Source: Lepidodermella squamata
Lineage: Eukaryota; Animalia; Gastrotricha
NCBI GenBank assembly: GCA_047495785.1
Contig: JBLDXI010000038.1
Location: 434,001-498,000, forward strand
Direction: 5' to 3'
Length of the DNA stretch: 64,000 nt
The notes beneath the pieces were generated by a model. It had not been told where the DNA came from, did not search any database, and saw nothing but the letters and a program-made list of their open reading frames with translations. Positions 1 to 13,101 of this stretch are shown piece after piece. The position numbers and the translations under genes were made by a program. Position 1 is the first letter of the stretch, and each line of letters opens with the position of its first letter.

Positions 1-223
1 GAAATTGCTAAAAGTTTGTGTCAACCGATTGGCTATCATTTTTTAGCTTCGTGCTTTTCAGTCACCAGCCCGCACAGGAACAGGCATGCAACAGCATAAT
101 TAGCAGCGGTCATTGGTGAAACAATATTGAAAGTAACCCTAGTTGCCCAAGGTTAAATTTGAATCTATTCGGCTTTCCGGTTTCCGGTAACATTCGTCTT
201 TAAATATCTCGTTTCAAAAGCTC

Positions 224-1864
224 TCAGGCTATACATTGGTTGTATTTATTAATGAAATCCTGCGTTGAACGATCTGGTTTGCGTGGGGTTATTAGCCTCG
301 GATCGGTATTCATCCGCTGAATGCCAGCAGTTGTCTGATTGATCCATTCAATTACCGAAAATGTTATTTTACCTCCAATCGTGGCTTTCGAACTTCCGTT
401 TTCGCAATCACTATGTGTAACCCAACTACTTAAGGCAACCAGCGTCCACTTTGATCCTCGCTCTTTCCCAAAAGGTCTGGCAACTGTGGCCCATGGCTCG
501 CCAGAATCGCCCTTACATGCACCCGTATTCCTCGCTCGATTTTTTACGCATACGTTATTATCCGGAATGAAACCACCAATTTTTTCGCATTCGCGAATGG
601 AAGCAAGCCTGTTGTTCAATTTTCAGCAGGAAGTTTGATTCTTCTATCCAGTTAGCATCCGGTTAGCAAAATTGGAAGATTTTTGTAATCAGATATCGAA
701 CCCGTTGGCAGGCATATTGGACTCAGCTCTTTAGTGTAAAAGCTGATCAGTGCTGAAATGGAGAAAAACTTTCATTCGACGATGTCCCCTTATTTGTTAG
801 ACAACTGCCTAAATTTCATACGAAAATAAAAAACAAGACCTAAATCACCTTGTCTGTGAATTCGAATTTAACGAATCATGTGGGTGCTTCGAAAGGGAAA
901 ATCAAGTCTGTTAGCATAGACAACACTGTTACTGTTATCTATGTCTGTTAGATTTCCGCCTCATATTATTACGGGATTCAAACTTCACACACCCTTCCTG
1001 AATCCCCCTGAACCATGCCTGAACTGGGGAACTTTGTTTCGGTTTCTCGGAGGTAATTTAAAAACATTTGGAGGAACTTTTTGGTCCGTAAAAGAAGACA
1101 TAGGTCGAGTGAGCATATATGTCGTCACCCGAGGAAGCCGCAGAAGATTCGTTGGTTTCTAATTAGGTATCCTCGAAGTTATAAGAATATCGGAATTACA
1201 TATCGTAATTACGAATATCTATAAATAAACTCACGGTGAAATTTATACAGAGCAAAGTCTTTGGCTACTCCACCGTCTTCAGTATGTGGAATGTAACCAG
1301 GATGTTTGAGTATTTCTACAACTTGACGCGACATAGCGTGATTGCTAGGTTTCCTGCGTGTTCCGCCAAGGAGTAGGCTGTAATTCCTAGCACCCTTATA
1401 ACTTGGCCTATGAAATCAAGGTGCTCGAAAAAATTCAGCGAAATTGCCCCGTCTTACAAACCATTCATCAGAACAATGGGCAGCAGAAAGAACCCAGCTT
1501 TTATCAATAAGAACAGCCCCGCAGAATCCAGTTAAACGGTAATTGTTGCCCATGTCAGCGGTGATCAGCAAGGACCTGATAGGGAAATTCGCCAGTTGTG
1601 GCTTTTTGTCCCGAACCGCTTAACATGTTCGGATCGTATACATGTTTCGTTTGACACCCTTGCCACAAACGGCAGCATTGAATGCATCTAGAGATGCCTT
1701 GACTGAACGCTTAGGTATCAAAGAGCGGCGAACTGTCGTCGCACGTTGCTCGCCTCGAGTTTTACTCGGTTTACATGAGAACTGCGCCAGGTGAAAACAT
1801 GTTATCAGGCAAATTATCCAAGTTGCACGTCCAAGTTGCACGTCCAAGTTGCACGCCGATTCAT
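224..1864 (-). pseudogene. Trypsin-like (S1A) secreted serine protease pseudogene
   Basis: Motifs for all three catalytic residues are readable on the minus strand: FCGAVLIDKSWVLSAAHC (~1480-1530), DFAL (~1250) and ACKGDSGEP (~505), plus GEFPYQV and SPICLP. The frame is broken by a 13-bp triplication after the ATG (1864), a +1 shift after GEFPYQV, an 11-bp duplication at 647-668 and in-frame stops. Confidence 0.85.
1817..1855. repeat. Perfect 13-bp tandem repeat x3 (TCCAAGTTGCACG)
   Basis: Units at 1817-1829, 1830-1842 and 1843-1855, read directly. Confidence 0.97.
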
Positions 1865-2502
1865 TGCAGCTCCAATCCTGATTTCATAAAAGGTGGTGAA
1901 AGGGTCTGCATACATTCTGCTTCGCGCTGTACGATGCGTGTGCTGATCTGCATTAAAAAATATTCCCAAAACTGGCATGCAAGTCATGTGCTCAAAATTC
2001 AAATTGATTCATGTATTTCCCTCGCTCCTTTGGGATGATGCTTGAAGGAGTAGCTCAAAGTTCATGGCAGCTCAGATCACTAATTCAACCTTGTAATGAA
2101 ACCCTTCTGCTAACGATGAGTATCGATATTATTGTTTCCAAAGCAAAAAATGGTAACTCAGTGAAAAAAAAAAACTTTGCCAGCTATCAAGTGATGATTT
2201 TATTGTTAATGACCCTCTGAATGAAGCTGTCTTCGCTAGCGCCAATGCGCGTAAATAAAAGCCACGGTAGTGCACCAACTGAGAACATAATGGCATCGCG
2301 ACACCGTCGAAGCACAACAATAGGTTACAGTGAACACAAAAAGAAATTTCATTTTCGAAAAAATGTCTTATGAGAAGTCTGGCGCCAGTAGACACGTTTT
2401 GTATAAAACCATTATCGTAAACACAAGCGCGAGTTGCGGACAAGAGAAATCATGATTGAACGCCGGTATAAAAATACGAAGAGCGAACAGATATCAGGCG
2501 CA

Positions 2503-3479
2503 TCAATACTCCTCAGCCCAAGGATTCAGCTCGAGAAAAGCATCGATAACCTCTTTCAATGCCAGATTCGGGACCAACTGCTCGATCGTGAGGGGAGCAC
2601 GAGTCACCGGGTCGAAGTGTCCCACCCGGTTGAGATGCTCCTCGATTTGACGCCGGTCATATGTTATGCCCGACGGCGTGATAACCGGGTCTCGCATGAC
2701 TTCGAAACTGATGCGGTCGCACAAGCATTCTGGGACCTCTCTCCGGCGCCGGCGCTCGTCCAACTGGTTGAACACGTTGTTGATCTGGCTCAGCCGTTCG
2801 GCCGTCTTCAGGTCAATCTGGTCTATTTCAGTTTCGTTCCTTATCTCGCTGTTTGCACTGGTCAACTCGCTGAGTTGGCGTTGCTTATCATCACAGACCA
2901 ATTTGTCCAAGTAAGAATGGAGATTTTGTTCCTGCGCAACACTTCGCTCTTCAGTCGCCGCCCAGCGACGCTTCCGAGCCGCCCTAATCGCCTGGGCTGC
3001 TTCGTCACCGACGTATAAATGCTGGTCTCTCGCTAGCTCTTGGGCTTTCGTCAATTCAGCAATTGCTTCGTCATATTGTTTCAACTCGATCAAGGCGCAA
3101 CCATAAAAATCTGGTGAGGAATGGCAATAAATTGAGGTGTTAAGTTAAAAAGTTGCATTCTCACAGTGAGCTTTGACAGAGGATCGGTCCATTTCGAGCA
3201 CAGATCTACATTCGGCGGCAGCCTTCTCCCAATCTTGGCTTCTCAGGTAGCATAAAATTCGATTACACATCAACGCTGAATCGTTTGGGCGAAGTTGCTA
3301 ATTACAAAAACTGTCATTAACAAGACAAATCTATCGTAAATCATTCAACATACCAAGGCTTTCGAATAGCATTTAATTGCCTCGGCAAACTTTTTGATGT
3401 AAAAGTATTTGCTGCCCCTAGCCTTCCAGTCCTCGGCGTTCAAATCAGAGTCCGCGTTGGCTGGTCTATTGGCGGACAT
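2503..3479 (-). CDS. STUB1: E3 ubiquitin ligase CHIP (TPR + U-box), 3 exons
   Basis: N-terminal TPR exons ([12 protein letters not shown]...AIKCYSKAL; KAHYFYG) spliced to a U-box with [28 protein letters not shown]...GHFDPVTR...NLALKEVID. Confidence 0.96.
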
Positions 3480-4074
3480 GATCTTCAACAAGTCATAATA
3501 ATCACCTAAAAATGACAGAATTGATTCGATTTTCTGATTTTTACTACTTCATCGTCGTTGATGATAAAAATTGTCTCGGCTTCTCTGTTGCTGGACGTAA
3601 TATACTCTCGACTCTCGATAAAATTTACAATATTATTGAAACAACAAGAATGCCGCGTGCATGTGAGAAAGGATAAAGATAATATGGTATGTTGTAGCGT
3701 AATAAACAATTCACAACCAAAACCACAACAACTTGGAAAGTCGTTGCATTGTCATCGTATAAAAACGAAGCTCCTCTTATCTAAAATCTCGAAACAAGTA
3801 AGGCATTTGAACGAGTCAAGAGATGATCGCCCAATTATTATCGCCCAGACGAATTTGATCCTTTGATGACAAAAAAATTGCGACAGTAATTGATAAAAAA
3901 GAGCAAGCATAATTCACAACCGCGATCGAACTGATTAAAACAGCAGTTCTTAAGTTTTGCGAGAAGACGTCAGTCAGTGGAACTGTAGTTTATAGTATAA
4001 AAACACAACCGCCAGGGTAGCGCTCGCATAGAGCTACTATCAATATATAACTTGAAGAGAATATCTGGAAGCGA

Positions 4075-4650
4075 TCATACAAAAGCGAACAGGAAGAATA
4101 GAGAAACTAAACAAGACACCAAGGCGGATGCGGACGCAATTGTTGAGCGAGTCGCAGTGTTGCAGCCATCTGAGTTGTCGCAATAGCACACCTCCTTGAA
4201 CACTCCGTTGTCTTCGAACCAGTACCGACAACCCCAGGCTACACCAGTATCCGCCTTGGTACCGCACCGACGAGTAATCTTGATCCAGCCATACCCTAAA
4301 AACAAGTGCTGATCAATGCAGAACAAATTTTAAGGCAATTTCACTTACATCCAGGACTCTCTTGCTTTTGCTTGACGCAGAAAGTTCCAGGAACTTTTAC
4401 TTCAAAAGCGTTACAATCAACCAATGGATTGACTTCCGTGTTGAATTTTTCACTCTGAGGACACGTGACATCTTCATTGCTGTCACATTCGAAGCAAGAT
4501 ATCGCAGCAGCTGAGGAAAAGAAAATTCGATATATTGTAATTGTTATGAATAACTAATAACTCACCTCGATGGTAAAACACAGCACAAATCAACACAGCA
4601 AGTATGAGAATAATTTGGACGTCCCAAATCATCCTAAACCTTATCATCAT
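4075..4650 (-). CDS. Ly6/three-finger (quiver/sleepless-like) GPI-anchored protein, 3 exons
   Basis: Signal peptide; ISCFECDSNEDVTCP...DC...FCVK...ITRRCG...GC...CYCDNSDGCN Cys pattern; hydrophobic GPI-type C-terminus. Confidence 0.88.
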
Positions 4651-4900
4651 CTCTAGTAAATGCCTAAATGGAAATAAAAAACAAATCCGTAGTGCATTCA
4701 TAGATTTATAGATTATACAGCCGAAACCACTATTTTACCGATTTTTAGTTACCAGGTAAACAATACGGAAATCTGAATAATATATTGCCGCAAATTCCAA
4801 AGACTTCATCGCACAGTGTTACAACAGCGGACTCACAAGTCGAATTACAACCACCTTATAATAAAGCTTTTCTGTAGAATTTTGGCCATTTCGAATCTTA

Positions 4901-6839
4901 TCACTTCTTTCGCCACAGCCAACCGCCCAGTGAACCAAGCAGGCCAGCACCTTTTTGAGCAGTCAAGTCTTCGAGAGGTGGTAATTCAATATAGTTCAGA
5001 GCCAGATCGAAGAATAAGGGCTTGCAAGGCACAGGATCAAAGTCAGGCGGAAGACGCACCAAGCCGTTATTTTGACCAGGGGGAGCTTCAACGTATCTGT
5101 CTAAGCGTTCGCCCAGCGGCTGAATAAAAATAATGCAATTAAATGTTACCGAGAATTAATGGAATTCCTTGACTTACCAGTTTAGCGTCTCCTTGCGACA
5201 GTGATTCGGGAGATATTGTGGAAGCACCAGCGGCAGTGGTAACGATCAAGCTCGCTGCTCGGCAAGTCTGTTTGTCGGCCTCGACAAGAACTAGTAGCTC
5301 TTTCAGCTCGACAACATCCGCACTGAGTGAAGAAATTCCGGTGCATGAAGAGACCGCGTCATTAATGTACATTGCACTACGGTTGTACAGAGCAAATGCC
5401 TCGGTGAATTTCCGCATCAAACCATAAGCGCGAGCCAAATAGAAGCACCTGACCGCTCGGTATTTGGCTTGCAGAGCAATAAACTCGTTCAGTAGACTGG
5501 CTGATGGAAGCCCAGGCAAAGCTTGCAGCTCAGTCAAATTTTGCAAGACCAAGTCGTAAAGTCGAACCAAATCTTGTGGTTTAGCCAGCTGCTTACCTTC
5601 AGTGGTACCAGGGCTGGTCGCCTGGTTGTAAAAAGCCGATGAAGCGGATGCAGCGTCAAACGACTGAGTCGCTGCTTCGGTTCCGCTCAAATGGTGACGC
5701 AATTCAGCCGCCGTGAGCAGAGCACGCTCATTCGACTTAGTATAACGAATGTAGCACAAATAAGAGAACACAAAAATTCCATCCGATACTTCCCCAGGAG
5801 CAAGTGAGCTCAATGTGCCCCTCTGTGAGGCAGCCTTGAAAATTGGGTCATTTTTCAGTAAGTCATCACGCAAGGCTTGTATAGCGTCAATGCATTGCTT
5901 ATTAACTCGTTCCAAAATGACCAATTTTTCTTGGTTTCCAACTGAACTGCACGCCTTATCGGCGTCAGCGTATTCCATGAGAAATACGCGAACTCGCTCG
6001 TTGCGAACAGGGGCAGTTCTGTTGAGCCACGTTACATCTGCCATCGAAGCTGCTTGCTTAGCACGAGTTTGAGCAATCAGTTCATCCAACCGGTCGCCAA
6101 ACATATCTTCACCTCCGCCAGCACGTTCCATTCGATAACGAACCAAATCAGCTGCAGCTGATTCATCGCCGATGTTGTAGGAGGCATAGCGAATCAGGGG
6201 TAGCATCTCCTCCGAACGTGATACATAAATAGCACGCTGCTCTCCCGAGAGTGCCTCGCTGAGTTTTTCGAAAATAGTTTTCGCTTTTGTGAGCGTGTCG
6301 CGGCACTCCTCCCAGTTTTTAACCTCGAATGCCATCAATCCTTGAAGGTTAGCCAAATAAGCTTGGGCTTCCAGTTTTGTGCGAGCATCCACGTTGACAT
6401 TCTCGCATAGATTGCAGAATGCAATCGCATGCTGCTTGGCCTTGCGAAGCCGGCCGATCATGTGGAAGCGCTTCCGAGGTTCCAGATTAGCTTCCGCCTT
6501 CAACTGCATCGCATAACTCCAAGCGCGTTCGGCAGAAAACAATACAAGATGCAGATAGCGCACGTCAGTCACCATTTCCGGCTCCACAACTTTTACGTTT
6601 ATTAAACGATGTTTAACAACCTGATTGGCGAATCCGATTTTCTGACGGATACGGCGAATCCTACGGCTGCAATAATTTCTGTAGCGTTGATAGTCGCCGT
6701 GACGAAGGCCATGACGCTGCTGGGCTTCACGAATGATATTTTGAATGAATACAGAAAAACCATCACCAGCACTTTCTCTCTTAGAGCTTTCGACACTTTC
6801 TGTCTCGGTGTCACGCCTGACGCTGACCGGTCGGGACAT
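4901..6839 (-). CDS. SRP68: Signal recognition particle subunit SRP68, 2 exons
   Basis: QQRHGLRHGDYQRYRNYCSRRIRR and AERAWSYAMQLK motifs; the last exon (~5120-4901) carries PVPCKPLFFDLALNYI and ends GGWLWRKK*. Confidence 0.97.
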
Positions 6840-7653
6840 ATTCGCAGATACACGAAACTTTAAATAACTAAACGGAAAGAGTAAGTAATCAGAGCCTATC
6901 GCTTATATAATTGTTGCCGAGTACACATTGGTGACTAGAGTGCAACGTTGAAAGTAAAAATTGCTTATTCCGTTTTATGCAAGGCTCCTATTGACGGGTC
7001 ATGCAGACCTCATGTTCATGCCTTTGACTAGGTCCTATCTGCTATCTGTCACTTCATAAGACTTCTGCACCAACGCCCAGCGCCAGCCGTTCTAAAACAT
7101 CGAGGAACGAAGAAACTTGGCCAACCCCTTTCATTGTTTAATCTACGTCGAACGTCGAAGTCACCAGCGTAAGGCGTAAGGTTTGCAAGGAACCCTTCCT
7201 TTGCAAGCGAAGATCTCTTCTCATCCTCGTGAAAAAGATTTTGAGGCAAAAAACTACCGCTTATTTTCCAATGACTGCAATTAACATATATGGATATGTT
7301 ATGATGGAAATTTTGTGAAGTTGCTTTATTAAAAAAATTTCTTTGCCGCAGTAATAAATAAAAAATGAAAGTAGTTCAAAAATGTTGGACTTCGAACCAA
7401 CCGGTAGTTGTCCGATATCAGCTGTTTATATACTCGGTATAACTCTACGTTTCGTTTTTCTCATGCACTTTACATGCTTCATAACCTTTGAGCCTTTTGC
7501 GCTGAACTTGCTGTCTGGTATGAGATCCGTTTGTTTGCTCATGCTTTTCTATAACTTGCCCTGAGCTTCTTGCTTTATCGTCAGTATTGACAAGTAGACT
7601 CTATGATGTCTTTTCCTTGTAGAAAGTTTGATATCCTTTCGGATAGCTTCGAC

Positions 7654-8897
7654 ATGAGTGTGAATTTGTCCAGCCAACGTCTCACAACGCTCAGTATGTT
7701 GGCCAGTTTGTCGGAATCCATGGATGATGAAGAGGTCAAGCATGTCGATGTTTCGTCAAATTTGCTCCCAGAGCTGACCATTCAAATCGCAACGTTCAGA
7801 TTTATTGAATATCTGAATGCCAGCAATAACGAAATATCGTTGATAACCGCTGATATTCGTTATCTTAGCTGTCTCAAAGTGTTGGATCTGAGAAATAACA
7901 AACTTCACTCTGAAGCGATTCCATTTGGTGAGTCTTAATGGGATTCCTAGTTGCTTTATGTATTGATTTTTCATAATTTTAGAGTTTTCTGAACTTACCA
8001 AGCTCGAAGAGTTGAATCTCAGTGGAAACTTTTTTCAAGAAATTCCGTTACCCATCCTCAAGTGCACGAGCCTAGTCAGCCTGTATCTAGGTGGTAATCA
8101 GATTGAAAAGATATCACCTGAAGTTGACCGACTTACCAAGTTTGTTTGTTTCGCGAAATGCTGTTCTTGCTTTAAATGAGCTTTTTCAGCTTGAGGATTT
8201 TCTACCTTGGCGGCAATCGTTTGGAAGCACTTCCTGAGCAAATGTCGAATATGCCTTCATTAGAAGTTCTATCGCTGTCTGGAAATCGTCTGACATTCTT
8301 ACCATCAACATTTGGCCGACTTCAAAAGCTCAGGAGTCTCATGTTAAACGATAACCTCTTGCAATGCTTGGTATTTTTTTCAAATTTATTCAAGCCCGCA
8401 ATTACTGTTTCGTTTAGCCTTTCGATATAACTCGGCTGCGACTTGAAGAATTATCTCTGCGCAATAATCCTCTACTCGTGAAGTTTGTAGCAGATTATCT
8501 ACAAACAGTTCCTTCGCTACAAGAGTTGGCGGCAAGGTAAATTTGATCGCTTTATGTTATCTCAAGTCTATGTGGTATCTACCTTAGATGCATAAAAGCT
8601 GCCAACATTGACTATCGTGATTCGCTGCCTTCATGCCTAGTGTCATTTTTGGACAGTGGTGAAAAATGTGTTAACCCCAAGTGCCACGGCGTTTACTTCT
8701 GCAATAGAGTTTCGAACGTCAAATTCATCGACTTGTGCGGTAAATATCAAGTTCCGATGCTTCAGTACCTCTGCTCACCGCGCTGCACTCGATCGAGACC
8801 GAATAGTCCCGTACGATCTGTTAGTCGTACTGCTCTGCCGGATGATAGCACGCCACCTGACGTCGACCAGAAACTCAAGAAAGTCTTGCTCGGTTGA
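7654..8897 (+). CDS. LRRC58: Leucine-rich repeat protein 58, 5 exons
   Basis: LRRs (LYLGGNQI, FYLGGNRL, LSLRNNPL), PSLQELAAR, Cys-rich C-terminus CVNPKCHGVYF...VKFIDLCGKYQVPMLQYLCSP, and terminal KKVLLG. An alternative start at 7603 is possible. Confidence 0.93.
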
Positions 8898-9416
8898 GCA
8901 AACTTCTGACATTGACATAAATATATATTTATCATACTGCTGTGTTATTTCCTCGTGCTTACTATGTCACGTTAATCAACTCTACTGTTCGAAATATCGA
9001 CCGTCACCTATGCGAGCGGAAAAATTGTGGCATTGGTAAGCTCCGACTTTCTTGCGACTTTTTATGTCGATATGTGCATTAATTGCGATGTTATGTGTTC
9101 AAGACTTTTTATGCCGTATCCTTTAATCTGTTCTGTACTACTGTGCTTGTTGAGCTTCTAGAAGCTTACCTCTGATCGTTTTCCACATCGCCTGTATTGG
9201 CCACGGCGCTAGAATGAACCGACCATGTCGTTTTCAAACCATTGGATGAATGTTGAACTGGAAAATAAAGTCGTCATAGTTCAAAGTCCATATTTTTTCA
9301 TGTCTCAGCTGCCAGGAATTAGAAAAGTTCACGTGAAGTTTTTTACACGGCGAGTGTTTAAATTACGATGGATTTGCCCTACTATTATACAGAAGACATG
9401 CTAAACATAACTTGGT

Positions 9417-9494
9417 GGCACACCTGCATTGTAATGAAAACCATGTAGAACCACGAATAAGGCACACCTGCATTATGATGAAACCACGTAGAAC
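9417..9494. repeat. Imperfect ~35-bp direct repeat, period 44, between convergent 3' ends
   Basis: GGCACACCTGCATT(G/A)T(A/G)ATGAAA(A)CCA(T/C)GTAGAAC at 9417 and 9461. Confidence 0.85.
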
Positions 9495-10018
9495 AGCATG
9501 GAACATAGCTTGAGTTACACACCGCCCCGGTATTATAGCTGGATCGTTACTGCATCAGACATCGCGTGTTGGGCATGACCTTCATAATCAACTCTTCAGG
9601 TAAACAAGTGGCGGAATCCGATGGACGAAATAGGTCAATTAAATATCATAAGCGACAAGATCGGTTAGCAATTCAAAACGTACTTGCGTTTATTTTTTCC
9701 GATTCCAGCTTTTCCGTGATGGCTTAATTTATCATATATAGAAATATAATCAATCTTTCACATGTGATGGATGCATATATAACGAGAATGAATAGCTCTC
9801 CTGTTCCATACATTTTTTATGGTCACAGAAGATTCGATTAAAGATTATCGTTCATACAAATAATGATCACACCAATAAAAACGTTGAAATATTCGAAAAC
9901 ATTTTGAACATAGCAAAGCACTCCGACTTTCTGATTCACGCATTTACGGTTTTGCACGACTGTATTACAAAGCATTTATATGATAACTTTGTTTATTCAG
10001 TAAATAGAAAATCAGAAT

Positions 10019-11914
10019 TTAAAGACCGAAAGGATCGTCTTTCGTTCTTTGCTCGAATGCTCGAGGCGGCGGGGCTGGAACAGTCGACGGTGCTTGAGCT
10101 TGGGACGCAACAGGTCGTTGCTTCAGCCATTCTTCCACGTCATTTAGGTTTGCTTCCAACTGCTCAAGCTAGAAACGACAGAAACCGTAACAGTTATTTC
10201 CTCGAAAACACTTCAAGAATAATGATAAACAGAACAATGCAAATTTCCCGAAAGGTTAGTGGGGTTAAATAAAAAATATGAGTTAGACGTGCAGAAAAAC
10301 AAAAGAAATCTACACTAATATCGTAACAAACCGGTTTAGCTGGGGCGGACTGTAACATCATGTCAAGATTTTATTATAATTTTGGCTTCAAATGAAAAAA
10401 TGGAGACTCACGTCGATTCCGGCAACCCGTGCGTTTACAGCAGTAGATAGGCCAGCGGAACTCGATGGAATGTTCGATGATTCGTAACCGGAAATCGAAA
10501 TTGGCGGAAGGGTGGAGCGATAAGGAGACGTGAATGGTCCAGAGCTTGCAGTTGGAACAGCCGACTGAGTTGCATTTGGTGCGGGAGTTGTGCTAAACAG
10601 AGCAGCAAGCTGCTCGCGTTCGTCTACGGACTTGAGTGATTCTTGCGCAGCATTTTCCGAAGGTGCCCCGCCCTCGCCAAAATCTATCAAATTGGAAGCA
10701 CCAGCAACCCGATGCGAGTTGACAGGAGGTGGTGGCTGAAGGATGGCAGCTGATGGCGAAGTGGTAGATGCCAGGCGCTGTGACGGGGCTGGTTGCGGAG
10801 GAGCTCTAACTGGCGTACCGCCGGCAGCCCCTCTCAATTGGTTTCTCGCTCTAACGTGGCGTTCGTATTTCAGGAAAACGGCGTTCAAATCGTCGTTCAA
10901 CTTCAGCATATCAGAGACCAGCACTTCGTCATCAATCTGCCCCGATCCAATCAAATCTAACAGGCGATGTTGCATCTCGCGACAAGTTGCCTCCAGCTCA
11001 TCCATCAGTTGTAGGTCTTCAGCAGGCTCCTCGCCAGGTTTTAGCGAGACCAACATATCCGAAAGCACAGTGCAATTGTTTTTGATGGCATCTAAATCAC
11101 GAGTTAGTTTAGCACGTTGTTGACTCGACAAGTTCCCAGATGAAATAACAGGAATGGGAGATCGGCTACCAGTGACGCTAGATGAATGCACTCTAGCTGG
11201 CGGCGGCTGTACAACAGGCGGCTGAGGGGCAGCTTGAACAGTTCTTGCTGGAGTATAAATCGGAGCCATTCGATCCAAATCAGCGGCAGGGAACTCCACT
11301 CCTTTAGCGCGTAATTCTTGGTATACTTTTTCGACTTCGCGCAGTTCATGTTTTCCTGTAACAAAGTCACTGACTCATGTAAATCTTCTAAACAATATAA
11401 TCACCTCTGAAAGCATCGGCCCATGATTGAATAAGCAATAAAACGCGTTCTTGAATAGATTGTGGAGGGTTGTTTTTCGGACTTAAAACTTTGACAAGTT
11501 CATCCAGAAACTCTCTGCTGGCAATTTGGGCGTGTAGCTGCTGTCCGCAATTTTTTACGCAAGTTTCGGCAACCGTTAAGGTCAGCTCGACGCTGTGGTT
11601 GCTTTTGCCCGCAGACTGATTTAGTCTTTTACGCATAGCTTTAACTGCATCTTTAGCCCTATATAAGATTTATCCAAATGAAAGGTAGGAACGAATTAGA
11701 GAAACAAGAACTAACGCTTCTCCTCGGTTGTTGATGAGATCGCAAATCTCCATGTTCAGCCCCCAGTCTTCGCCTTCCAACGAACCATTTGTCGCTCGAT
11801 CTATAAATATTTCAGGCTAGAAAAACGGAAAGGAAAAATTTCAAACTTACCAATAAGCTGGCCCACTTCCGTGGAGAAAGGATCAGGACCGAAGAAGCTG
11901 GTTACCTTGTCCAT
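10019..11914 (-). CDS. TOM1: Target of Myb1-like endosomal adaptor (VHS + GAT)
   Basis: [31 protein letters not shown] and ETCVKNCG (VHS), GVEFP...APIYTP, GAT helices ([21 protein letters not shown]); last exon has VEEWL and ends DDPFGL*. Confidence 0.94.
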
Positions 11915-12030
11915 ATACGGGAGGAAAATACCTAACTGATTTGAAAAACTTCCTAGAAAAAGACCAGAGGGTAATAACTATTGGGCATCCAATCAACATA
12001 ACATTAAAAATAATCAATAACCTCTTGCTC

Positions 12031-12380
12031 GTCGACGCTGAGACGAAGCGTCATTACGAGCCGTGCGTCTCGAACCTTCAGAAACGAATCGATCTCGAAT
12101 CAATTGAGGTATTGTGGCTAATGGTCGGAGCTCGTGGCACGATTCCCCGTCAATTCGCCAACTTTCTAAAACGCTTTGAGCTGCCAACAATTACTGCCCG
12201 ATGCCCAAGACATCGTTATCTCCGTGATCAAAGACTCAGCGCGCATCGCGAACAACCACGGTTACAACAGAGGATGATGAAATAACTTTTTGTGTAGCAT
12301 TCCACACGCACACTACTCGGTGTCTTAAAGGCAACTAAGCCAGGTGGTGGTTACCTGAACATTGATTTTTCAATGAACTA
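12031..12380 (+). mobile_element. 3'-terminal fragment of a restriction-like endonuclease (R2/NeSL-type) non-LTR retrotransposon
   Basis: VDAETKRHYEPC...IEVLWLMVGARGTIPRQF...LKRFELP resembles the C-terminal REL domain (GARG motif). Frameshifted into IVISVIKDSARIANNH*. The 3' boundary is approximate. Confidence 0.7.
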
Positions 12381-12630
12381 CTGTAGTTATCATGTCATTA
12401 GGTATAACATTTTCGAAATGAAATTACTTGCCCGGTTTAGGTATGAAAAAGTAATTTTGATATACAAACATTTTCTTATTGTTTTCTACCTGTTCTAAAA
12501 CACACCTTCTTGATGCATAGTGCATACTTTTCCAACTAAACTAATAATCACTGCTTTCTTTTTAAAGCTGAGCTTTCCAATTTTAAACTCACTACGGATG
12601 AATAAATAAATAAATAAGTAACAGTTAAGG

Positions 12631-13101
12631 CAGTGTGGTCCAAACGTGGACTCCGGAGCCTTTTGGACTCTTTCCGACTTTTTGTGGGCTCCGGAACGTT
12701 TTTTGGTTTTTTCGAGGTTGGACTCCAAATGGGCTCCGAACGTGGACTTCGCCAGGCTCCATCGGACTCCCTCGCCTGAAAATGGTCACCAAGTAGAGGT
12801 TGCCCATGAATCCTCGAATTTTTAATGCATTTTAAGCCTATTTTCGGCTTGAAAATGCTCAATTAGCGTTAGCTAAAGCTCGCTTCGCTCGCGAGTCGAC
12901 ATTTTTGAGTTGTTCTTTCAGGCCGCATATTTTTTTGAACCCAATAATAAAAGCATATCAGCCCCCCCCCCCCCCCCCCCCCCCATCTCCCCAAAAAAAG
13001 CACATCCCCCTTAAAATTATGCTGAATACCCTCTGTGGACTCCCCCGGCGTTTTTGGGCTCCGACTGCGGACTCCAAACTTTTTGAGCTTGGACCACACT
13101 G
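12631..13101. mobile_element. Non-autonomous hAT-type DNA transposon (MITE), 471 bp
   Basis: Perfect 13-bp TIRs CAGTGTGGTCCAA (12631-12643 and 13089-13101), perfect 8-bp TSD AGTTAAGG (12623-12630 and 13102-13109), subterminal GG(A/G)CTCC repeats, internal poly-C. Confidence 0.93.

Noticed and set aside
2434-3018. 194-aa plus-strand ORF, and similar long antisense ORFs over SRP68, WDFY3, SUSD2-like and HECW
   Set aside because: Shadows of real genes on the opposite strand, with no recognisable motifs.
7030-7250. Moderately GC-rich block between SRP68 and LRRC58, considered as an ncRNA or SL RNA gene
   Set aside because: No recognisable snRNA, SRP RNA, tRNA or Sm-site-plus-donor pattern; probably promoter or UTR.
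12645-12770. Regularly spaced GGACTCC motifs resembling a CRISPR-like array
   Set aside because: The repeats are only 6-7 bp, lie inside a MITE, and are explained as subterminal repeats; the context is eukaryotic with no cas genes.
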